Assembly (NCBI GenBank): GCA_051891335.1
Contig: JBJFFD010000035.1
Location: forward strand, 13,829-77,828
Length of the DNA stretch: 64,000 nt
Direction of reading: 5' to 3'
From: Candidatus Scatovivens sp.
GTDB lineage: Bacteria > Bacillota > Clostridia > TANB77 > CAG-508
In this document: one piece after another, positions 1 through 7,365 of the stretch
Numbering within the stretch: the stretch's first letter is position 1
Layout: every line of letters begins with the position of its first letter
The notes under the pieces: generated by a model
Databases searched by the model: none
The model's input: only the letters and a program-made list of their open reading frames with translations
Told to the model about the DNA's origin: nothing
Made by a program: the position numbers and the translations under genes

Positions 1-306
1 TTCTTTTTTATTGTTTATTTCTTCTAAAACTGTTTTTGTCAATTCCTTTTTATTTATATAGAAATTTAAATATCCACCAACTATTTCTATTTTTTCTATA
101 TTTTTATCTAATTTTATTTTTTCTTTTATTTCTTCTGCAATAATTTGTGGTGCTTTTCTTAAAGTTTTTGCAAGTTTAAAACATGGAAAAGCAAAATCAC
201 CCATTTCATCATTCGGTGGTATTTCTATATAATTTTCTATTTCATCTACTTCAATTTCAACTATTTGAGAAATTTTTTTTGCAATTTCATTTTTAAAATC
301 AATCAT
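1..306 (-). CDS. argS: arginine--tRNA ligase, N-terminal fragment (gene continues past window start)
   Basis: My own reverse translation from ATG 306..304 (AAGGAG upstream) reads MIDFKNEIAKKISQIVEIEVDEIENYIEIPPNDEMGDFAFPCFKLAKTLRKAPQIIAEEIKE... The GDFAFPCF..LAK.LRK.P..IA pattern is the ArgRS N-terminal domain signature. It is not in the ORF track because the window edge truncates it. Confidence 0.75.
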   Translation of the reverse strand, partial: MIDFKNEIAKKISQIVEIEVDEIENYIEIPPNDEMGDFAFPCFKLAKTLRKAPQIIAEEIKEKIKLDKNIEKIEIVGGYLNFYINKKELTKTVLEEINNKKE

Positions 307-407
307 ATTATTCTCCTTTGCCAATATATTATCACTTTATTAATAAATTTCTAATCGATGTTATTATCGATTTATCTTTATTCATTTCTAATTGCTAATC
401 AATTTGT

Positions 408-863
408 TCATTGACCCCTACAATATATTTTTTCTATTATTTTTCTTATTAATAGAATCATTAAAATTCCAAAAATTACTCCTAATGTATCTATATATAC
501 ATCTAATGTTTTACCTTCTCTGCCAGGTATAAATAATTGATGCACTTCATCTGTTACTGCATATAAAAATCCTATTACTGTTGCTAAAATTAATTTTATA
601 TTTTCTTTTATTTTTTCTATAGTAAGTAGCAGACAATATATTAAGCATCCACCTACTGCATATTCTGAGAAATGAGCTATTTTTCTTATATATGGTTCAA
701 GTATTTTTGCATTTTCTTCATTATTTCTAGTTAAAAGCATTGATATTTTAAAGCTTATACCGCCAGACTTTTCTCCATTTTGACTTGAAAATCCAAAAAC
801 AATATACATCCATAATAAAATTAATATTATTAATATTATTCTAATTATTGTAATTTTTTTCAT
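408..863 (-). CDS. VanZ-like family membrane protein
   Basis: 151-aa ORF with about 4 hydrophobic helices. KIAHFSEYAVGG and DEVHQLFIPGR motifs are typical of VanZ-like proteins. ATG start with a weak AAGGA SD. Confidence 0.65.
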   Translation of the reverse strand: MKKITIIRIILIILILLWMYIVFGFSSQNGEKSGGISFKISMLLTRNNEENAKILEPYIRKIAHFSEYAVGGCLIYCLLLTIEKIKENIKLILATVIGFLYAVTDEVHQLFIPGREGKTLDVYIDTLGVIFGILMILLIRKIIEKIYCRGQ

Positions 864-882
864 TTTTTATCCTTTAATTATT

Positions 883-1188
883 TTAATGTTTTGCTGATAA
901 TTTTATAATTAAATCCATATTATCATCTTCTGCAACTTTATTTTTTCTTATCATCCCGCACTTTTTACATTTAAATATTATTATATAACCTTTTTTACTA
1001 TTCGAATCTATTCCTATTGGTTCTAATATACCATGGCAACTTTCTGCTCTATCTCCCGGATTTATATCTACATGCTTTGAATGTAAACAATAAGGGCAAT
1101 GGTTTCTACATGAATATCCTAACTTAGTTACTTTTTTACCACAATTTTCACATATAAATTCTTCATCAATAACAGTAAAATTTGACAT
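883..1188 (-). CDS. RNHCP domain-containing zinc-binding protein
   Basis: 101 aa and Cys-rich, with a literal RNHCPYC motif plus CxxC pairs (CENCGK, CKKCG). AAGGAAGGA SD. Confidence 0.6.
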   Translation of the reverse strand: MSNFTVIDEEFICENCGKKVTKLGYSCRNHCPYCLHSKHVDINPGDRAESCHGILEPIGIDSNSKKGYIIIFKCKKCGMIRKNKVAEDDNMDLIIKLSAKH

Positions 1189-1265
1189 TTAAATTCCTTC
1201 CTTAAACCACAATATTGCAAATTTTTTCTTTAAAATTTCAACACAAAACGAAGTTTATTTTTTCC

Positions 1266-1454
1266 TTAAAATTTAAAATACATAATAATAGTTCCAATTA
1301 CCATGAATAAAAAGCCAAACAGCTTTAATCCCAATGTTGCGTCATTTTCTTGCCCAAAAGCAAAATATTTTTTTACTATTGGTCTTGCATCAAATATAAA
1401 TTTTACTCCTATTATTAATAGTAATATAGCTATAAATAGCAAAAATTCTCTCAT
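1266..1454 (-). CDS. small hypothetical membrane protein
   Basis: 62-aa ORF with two hydrophobic helices and a GAAGGA SD before the ATG. No recognisable family. Confidence 0.4.
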   Translation of the reverse strand: MREFLLFIAILLLIIGVKFIFDARPIVKKYFAFGQENDATLGLKLFGFLFMVIGTIIMYFKF

Positions 1455-1542
1455 TTTAACATCCTTCTTTTTAAGCCTTTTTCTACATTTTAGTAAAATA
1501 GTGTAATTATTTTATAATTTTTAGCACTATTTGTCAATGAAA

Positions 1543-3598
1543 TTATATTGTTCCACTAAATTCTTCAAATTTATTTTTTATAATATTTTTTAATTTTGAG
1601 TTTTCTTCTCTTTCTAATTTTGGGTCTTTATTCAGAATTTCTATAGCAATTGACTGAACTTGTTTTAGTATTCCTATGTCTTCAAACAAATTAGCAATTT
1701 TAAATTCTGGCAAGCCATGCTGTTTGGTACCAAAAAACTCTCCTGTTCCTCTCAATTCTAAGTCTTTTTCAGATATTACAAATCCATCGTTTGTATCTGA
1801 TATTACTTTCATTCGTTCTTTTATAATTTGAGATGAGCCTTGATATTTCAATATGCAATAAGATTGATGTTCTCCTCTACCCACTCTTCCTCTTAATTGA
1901 TGGAGTTGTGCCAAACCAAATCTTTCTGCATTTTCTATAACCATAATATTAGCATTTGGAACATTTACTCCTACTTCTATAACTGTTGTTGATATTAAAA
2001 TATCTATTTCTCCATTTTTAAAACGTTCCATTATTTCATCTTTTTCTTTTGGTCTCATTTTCCCATGTAAATATTCAACATTATAATTTGTAAATATTTT
2101 ATTTTTATACAAATCTACTAATTCCATAACAGACTTAGCATTAATTTCTTCATTTTCTTCTACTAATGGGCAAACAACATAGCATTGTCTTCCTTCTTTT
2201 ATATTTTTTTCTATAAATAAATTTACTCTTTCCTCCATTCCTTTTTTTACTGCATAAGTTTCTATTTTCTTTCTGTTTGGAGGTAATTCATCTATGATTG
2301 AAATATCTAAATCTCCATATAAAATTAAAGCTAGTGTTCTCGGAATTGGAGTAGCAGTCATTACTAATACATCTGGATTTTCTCCTTTTTTTGCAATGAT
2401 ACTTCTTTGTCTTACCCCAAATCTATGTTGTTCATCTGTTACTACTAATCCTAAGTTTTTAAATACTACATTTTCTTCCAAAATAGCATGTGTGCCTATT
2501 AATATATCTATTTCTCCATTTTCTAGTTTTTTTAATATTTCTTCTTTTTTCTTTTTTGATATTCCACTTATTAATAATTCTATTCTTATTCCATATTTAT
2601 TTAAAACTTCATTAAAAGTTTCTAAATGCTGAGTAGCAAGAATTGCTGTAGGAGCCATTATTGTAGCTTGATATCCTGATTTAACGCATTTATAAGCAGC
2701 AATTAAAGCAACTATTGTTTTTCCGAGATCCAACATCTCCCTGTAGAAGTCTATTCATTGGATTTTTGCTTTCCATATCATTATCAATTTCTTCTAAAAC
2801 TCTAAGTTGAGCTTTTGTTAATTTAAAAGGAAGTTCATTTATGACATCCGACATTTTAACCTTTTTATCAAATTCTATTCCAGGTTTATTAGTTTCATAT
2901 TTTTCTTTTAATTTTAGTAATGATAATTGCATAGTAAATAGTTCTTCAAATACAAGTCTATTTCTAGCTCTTTTAAATTCATCAAAATTTTCTGGAAAAT
3001 GGATTTTTTGAATTGCAGTATTTAAATCTTCTAAATTGTATTTTTTCAATAAATATTCTGGAAGAGTTTCTTCTAAATTATTGTTTATTTCTAATAACCC
3101 ATTTTCTATTATTTTTCTTAGATTATTTTGAGTTAAATTATAAGTAAGAGGATAAATTGGTATTATTTTTCCAGTATTTCTATTATTCTCAGCCAATTCA
3201 TATACTGGTGATTGAATATCTGGTTTACCCCCATATTTTTTGCTTACTTTTCCAAAAAATTTATATTCTGTATTTGTTTTAAAAACATTTTTTAAATATG
3301 GCTGATTATACCAAGTTATTTGGCATGTTCCGCTAGAATCTCTAACTAATAATTTACAAAGAGTTAAATTACTTCTTATTTTTATCTGGCTTAATCTAGC
3401 CATTGGATAAGCATAAATAAGAGCTTCTTCTCCATCAACTAATTCAATTATTTTTTTTGGTTTTCCTCTATCTTCATATTCCCTTGGATAATAAGTTATT
3501 AAGTCTTCTAATGTATTTATTCCTATACTTTTTAATGTTTCAGCTCTTGCTGGACCCACACCTTTTACAAATTGGATATCTTTTTTTAAATCTAACAT
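1543..3598 (-). CDS. recG: ATP-dependent DNA helicase RecG, interrupted by a +1 frame break at an in-frame CGG (pseudogene, sequence error or recoding)
   Basis: ORF 2690..3598 (wedge domain) ends ...LLQGDVGSRKNN*. ORF 1543..2736 carries ...GKTIVALIAAY, DEQHRFGV, the helicase C-terminal motifs and LRGTGEFFGTKQHG. The two ORFs overlap. The minus strand reads GGA TCT C GGA AAA ACA, and dropping the C (plus-strand G 2725) gives the canonical Walker A GDVGSGKT and a RecG of about 684 aa. Confidence 0.9.
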
Positions 3599-3700
3599 AT
3601 ATTTTCTTCCCTCAATTTTTATATAAATATAATATAAACTTTTGTTCGTTTTGTCAATAATTAATGTATAAAAATAATTTTTATATTTTAAGTATACAAA

Positions 3701-3758
3701 AACAGGTCATAAGTAAAATGAATTAATCTCTTTTAATTCACTTTATTTATGACCTGTT
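3701..3758 (-). terminator. long hairpin terminator downstream of rpmB (bidirectional shape)
   Basis: AACAGGTCATAAGTAAAATGAA...TTCACTTTATTTATGACCTGTT forms an imperfect inverted repeat flanked by A/T runs, 18 nt after the rpmB stop. Confidence 0.55.
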
Positions 3759-3775
3759 AATATTTATATAAATTA

Positions 3776-3973
3776 CTAAGCTCTTTTAACTTTTCCAGCA
3801 CGTAAACATTTTGCACAAACTGTTATTCTTTTTGGTTGACCATCTACCATAGCTTTTACAGTTCTTAAATTAGGTTTTACTTCTCTTGTATTTCTTTTAC
3901 TTATATGTGAACGTGTTATACTAAGTTGATTTCCAAAGCTTGTTTCTTTATTACAAATTGCACATTTTGCCAT
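3776..3973 (-). CDS. rpmB: 50S ribosomal protein L28 (Cys-containing zinc-ribbon form)
   Basis: 65 aa, MAKCAICNKETSFGNQLSITRSHISKRNTREVKPNL...VCAKCLRAGKVKRA, which is typical L28. GGAGGTG SD. Confidence 0.95.
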   Translation of the reverse strand: MAKCAICNKETSFGNQLSITRSHISKRNTREVKPNLRTVKAMVDGQPKRITVCAKCLRAGKVKRA

Positions 3974-4087
3974 ATATATGCACCTCCATTTACAAAAATA
4001 AACTGACTATTTAAAAGTTTAACACAAATCAAACTAAAAAACAATACTTTTTATAGATTTTTTTGGAATATTTTTAAATATATTTGA

Positions 4088-4225
4088 GTAGCACAAAGAA
4101 GATTTCTATTTTCAATAGGCGAACATCTCGTGGGGACCGCTGAAGGCTGTTAAACACGAAAGTATTGTTACAGCGTCAGTGGGAAAATGCGAGCACATGA
4201 AAATAGATTCTTCTGGGAGCGGATA
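4088..4225. ncRNA. candidate structured RNA element (unclassified), between nth stop and rpmB start
   Basis: A GC-richer island in AT-rich spacer. The closing stem pairs AGAAGA..TCTATTTTCA (4097-4114) with TGAAAATAGA..TCTTCT (4198-4214). Inner helices are CCGCTGA/TCAGTGG (one G-U if read on the plus strand) and GCTGT..AACA/TGTT..ACAGC. There is no ORF, and the strand is undetermined. Confidence 0.35.
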
Positions 4226-4233
4226 TTATATAA

Positions 4234-4866
4234 TTATTTTTTATATGTATCACAATATGAATTTATTGGACACTCTTCACATTTTGGTTTTCTTGCATTA
4301 CAAATATTTCTCCCATGCCATACTAATAAATGATTAACATCATAAAAATATTCCTTTGGAATTATTTTTATCAAATCCTCTTCGATTTTTGTTGGTTCTG
4401 TTTGATTAGAAAGCCCAACTTTGTTCGAAATTCTTTTTGCATGTGTATCAACAGCAATTCCTTTTGGATCTTTAAAAGCTTCTAACATTATAACATTTGC
4501 ACTTTTCCTACCTACTCCTGGAAGTTCTTGTAATTGTTCTATATCATTTGGAACAATTCCCTTGTACTTTTCTAAAAGCATTTTACTACTAGCAATAATA
4601 TTTTTTGCTTTATTTTTATAAAAGCCACATGGATGAATTATTTTCTCTAATTCTTCTAATTTAATTTGTGCCATTTTTTCAGGCGTATTATATTTTTTAA
4701 ACAAGCTCGGTGTAGTTTTATTAACTCTTTCATCTGTACATTGTGCAGATAACATTACAGCCACCATCATTTCAAAAGGAGTTGTAAAATCTAAACTACA
4801 TGTAGCATCTGGATAATACTCTTTTAATTTTTTTATTATTTCTATTGCTTCTTTTTTTGTTTTCAT
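4234..4866 (-). CDS. nth: endonuclease III (DNA-(apurinic/apyrimidinic site) lyase)
   Basis: 210 aa with an HhH-GPD region (LPGVGRKSANVIM...D) and a C-terminal 4Fe-4S cluster loop, CNARKPKCEECPINSYC. Confidence 0.9.
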   Translation of the reverse strand: MKTKKEAIEIIKKLKEYYPDATCSLDFTTPFEMMVAVMLSAQCTDERVNKTTPSLFKKYNTPEKMAQIKLEELEKIIHPCGFYKNKAKNIIASSKMLLEKYKGIVPNDIEQLQELPGVGRKSANVIMLEAFKDPKGIAVDTHAKRISNKVGLSNQTEPTKIEEDLIKIIPKEYFYDVNHLLVWHGRNICNARKPKCEECPINSYCDTYKK

Positions 4867-4956
4867 TCATACATCCTTAATTTTTATTATTAATATTAAA
4901 AATTCGTTCACATAAATTACCTTATCAAAATAAACTGTAATAAGAAGGTGAATAAT

Positions 4957-5100
4957 ATGTTTTGTAAATTTAAGAAAATCATATCCGGTATTTTAATTGG
5001 TTTTGGAATTGGTATTTTAATGGTATTATTTCTCCCTCTTACCGGTTGGCTGTTTTTAATTGCAGTTGGTCTAATAATATGCCGGAATAAAATTTTTTAA
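4957..5100 (+). CDS. small hypothetical membrane peptide (47 aa)
   Basis: Not in the ORF track (<60 aa). AAGGTG SD lies 6 nt before the ATG. The peptide is MFCKFKKIISGILIGFGIGILMVLFLPLTGWLFLIAVGLIICRNKIF, with two hydrophobic segments. It contains an in-frame CGG at 5083..5085. Confidence 0.35.
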   Translation: MFCKFKKIISGILIGFGIGILMVLFLPLTGWLFLIAVGLIICRNKIF

Positions 5101-5119
5101 ATAATGGAGGTAATTAATC

Positions 5120-5197
5120 ATGACTATTGTTGTAAAAAAAGTCCCTAGATTTTTAAGAGGTTTTGTTAAATTAATTTTTGGAATTAAAAATACATAA
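5120..5197 (+). CDS. spoVM: stage V sporulation protein M-like peptide (25 aa)
   Basis: Not in the ORF track. GGAGG lies 9 nt before the ATG. MTIVVKKVPRFLRGFVKLIFGIKNT resembles the SpoVM amphipathic helix pattern (B. subtilis MKFYTIKLPKFLGGIVRAMLGSFRKD). Its position next to rpmB, in the prkC-rpe-rpmB neighbourhood, matches B. subtilis synteny. Confidence 0.65.
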   Translation: MTIVVKKVPRFLRGFVKLIFGIKNT

Positions 5198-5211
5198 AAT
5201 TAATTTAATAT

Positions 5212-5231
5212 GGGCGATTAAAAAATCGCCC
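5212..5231. terminator. bidirectional hairpin terminator between convergent spoVM and 5240..6442
   Basis: GGGCGATT-AAAA-AATCGCCC is a perfect 8-bp GC-rich stem, followed by CTTTCTT on the plus strand. Confidence 0.6.
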
Positions 5232-5239
5232 CTTTCTTA

Positions 5240-6442
5240 TTATTTATTATCAAGTTCAACCTTTTTTTCTTCCTCAGGTTCAGTCTTTTTTTCTTTATTG
5301 TTGAATATAAATTTCATCATTATTCCTAATGCTGCAATTATAACAATAAATCTAATTATCATTCCTAGATATGGTAATCTTCCTAATACCCAAATAATTG
5401 ACATTACTATTAAAGTAATTCCAATAAATTCTAAGTTTCCTTTATCTTTCATGCGTTTTTCTTTTACATTAGTACCAATAACTATAGAAACTATTTGAAG
5501 ACTCAAATAAATTATTATAGAGTATATAATTGCAGCAATTACAGGAATTCCTACTAGGTATCCTTGAGATATTATCATCAAAATAACAGCAGCTATTGGA
5601 ACTATTATTAACCATAGCAATCCTTTTAACGATAATATTGTGAATTTTTTTGCATTAATCTGCAAACTCAACTTTTCAAATCTTCTTTGAGTAAATAAAA
5701 TCACAAATCCTACAATAATTAAAGTTTTTATCAACTCAACAATCCAATTTGCAATTTCTTTTCTTATTTCATTTTTCATATTAAACTGTTGAGTTTCAGC
5801 ATTGTTATTTTCTATAATATTTACATTATTTAATATAGCATTATCAGATTTATTATATTCTTTAGAATACTCTATATTAGAAGTTCCAAATATTTTTGCA
5901 TTATCTCCAATAGTCACCTTTGTACCTGCAATATAAGCATTTCCATTTGTTTGACAATTAATATTAATTTTTTCTCCAAAAATTTTAGTTTCTCTTTCTA
6001 TAGTTCCTTCTATCAATATATTACTTCCTAAAATATATACATCAGATGTGTAAATTTCAGAAGATATAAATTCTTGAGACATACTAAAAATAGAACCTGT
6101 TACTGTTGTATTTTTTAATTCAATAGTATTAGCCATAACAAACAAGTTACCATTAATTGTTGTGTTTTCAATTAACAATTTTGGAGTTACAATTGCAAAA
6201 ACATTTCCATTAATGTTTTCATTAGATATCGTAGTTGTTTCATCATTAAAAACGAACTTATCTCCTGATACGGTTTCGTTTTCTGTTTCATCATATAAAA
6301 TAGGCATAACCTCATTTTCTCTACGATATTCTTCTGGTATTATATAATCACCTTCAGTTCCTTCTGTATTTTCTGTAGCTAAAGATGTTACTAAAAGTAA
6401 AGATATAATAATCATAAATATACAGATTATTTTCTTTTTCAT
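5240..6442 (-). CDS. membrane protein with bactofilin-like (polymer-forming cytoskeletal) beta-helix repeats
   Basis: 400 aa. It has an N-terminal signal/anchor, a central run of short repeated motifs (INGNVF, INGNLFV, VTGSIF, GNAYIAGTKVTIG, IFGTSNI), then about 5 TM helices and a charged tail. AAGGGGGA SD. Confidence 0.4.
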   Translation of the reverse strand: MKKKIICIFMIIISLLLVTSLATENTEGTEGDYIIPEEYRRENEVMPILYDETENETVSGDKFVFNDETTTISNENINGNVFAIVTPKLLIENTTINGNLFVMANTIELKNTTVTGSIFSMSQEFISSEIYTSDVYILGSNILIEGTIERETKIFGEKININCQTNGNAYIAGTKVTIGDNAKIFGTSNIEYSKEYNKSDNAILNNVNIIENNNAETQQFNMKNEIRKEIANWIVELIKTLIIVGFVILFTQRRFEKLSLQINAKKFTILSLKGLLWLIIVPIAAVILMIISQGYLVGIPVIAAIIYSIIIYLSLQIVSIVIGTNVKEKRMKDKGNLEFIGITLIVMSIIWVLGRLPYLGMIIRFIVIIAALGIMMKFIFNNKEKKTEPEEEKKVELDNK

Positions 6443-6518
6443 TTTTTCCCCCTTATTTATAAAAAACTTTTATTATAAGCTCACATTTAAGAGCATAATA
6501 ATCAATATAATTTATTAT

Positions 6519-7190
6519 TTAATTTGTGCTATATTTTAGTTTGTTTATTCTATCCTTGGGATTATCAGAACAAACAATATAACTTCCAGATACAATTATA
6601 TCTGTTCCTGCTTCTACTACTTCTTTTATATTTTTGTCATTAATTCCTCCATCTGCTTCAATGCTAATATCTAAATCATTTTCATAAATATATTTTTTAA
6701 GTTCAGATATTTTATTAATTGTTTCTGGAATTAATTCTTGTCCGCCTTTTCCGGGTTCAACTGTCATTACTAATACTAAATGAATATATTTTAAATATTC
6801 TTTGATTTCGTCAATAGAAGTTTTTGGACTAATTGCTATTCCAACCTTTACTCCAGATTGTTTTATTTCGTTAATAATATTTAATGTTCTTTCTTTATTT
6901 TTCGTTGCTTCTATGTGAAATGTTATTATTGAAGGATTTGTTTTTACTAAATATTCATCTACATACTCTTCTACATTATTTACCATAAGATGTACATCTA
7001 TTCCTAATGTTGTTATATGTGACAAAGTTATTGCAGATTCCATCATAAAATCTTTATTTTCATTTTCTACAAATTTTCCATCCATTACATCTATGTGAAA
7101 ATAGTCTGTACCTGCTACTTCTAAATTGTAGAAAGTGCTTACTGCTTTTTCTTTATTTACTGATAGTATTGATGTTGAAATTTCTACCAT
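6519..7190 (-). CDS. rpe: ribulose-phosphate 3-epimerase
   Basis: 223 aa with HIDVMDGKFV, HLMV, VMTVEPGKGGQ and ADGGIN motifs. AAGGAG SD. Confidence 0.9.
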   Translation of the reverse strand: MVEISTSILSVNKEKAVSTFYNLEVAGTDYFHIDVMDGKFVENENKDFMMESAITLSHITTLGIDVHLMVNNVEEYVDEYLVKTNPSIITFHIEATKNKERTLNIINEIKQSGVKVGIAISPKTSIDEIKEYLKYIHLVLVMTVEPGKGGQELIPETINKISELKKYIYENDLDISIEADGGINDKNIKEVVEAGTDIIVSGSYIVCSDNPKDRINKLKYSTN

Positions 7191-7218
7191 TATTTTCTCC
7201 TTATTTATTTCGTTTTTT

Positions 7219-7356
7219 GGGCAGACAGAGTCGTCTGCCCCTACATTTATTTTATTATATTTATATTTTTACGGGTAGACAGAGGCATGCGTATGCCCCT
7301 ACGATATTCTTGGCATTTTTATTTTTTATTTTTGGACAGATAGACGTCGCCCCTAC
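7219..7356 (+). repeat. three tandem copies of a GC-rich hairpin repeat (REP-like)
   Basis: The copies are GGGCAGACAGAGTCGTCTGCCCCTAC (7219-7244), GGGTAGACAGAGGCATGCGTATGCCCCTAC (7273-7302) and GGACAGATAGACGTCGCCCCTAC (7334-7356). AT-rich spacers of 28 and 31 nt separate them. The first copy folds as an 8-bp stem. Confidence 0.8.
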
Positions 7357-7365
7357 AATTCTATT

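Noticed and set aside
4088-4225. SRP RNA or 6S RNA
   Set aside because: It is too short. It lacks the SRP domain IV GGAA-capped helix with the AGCAGC motif, and it lacks the long helix with a large central bubble expected of 6S RNA.
7219-7356. Mini CRISPR array (three ~26-nt GC-rich repeats separated by 28- and 31-nt spacers)
   Set aside because: The repeats are degenerate rather than identical, and the spacers look like ordinary AT-rich intergenic sequence. No cas genes or leader are present. The same repeat also occurs singly at 37415, 44054 and 54099, so this is a REP-like dispersed element.
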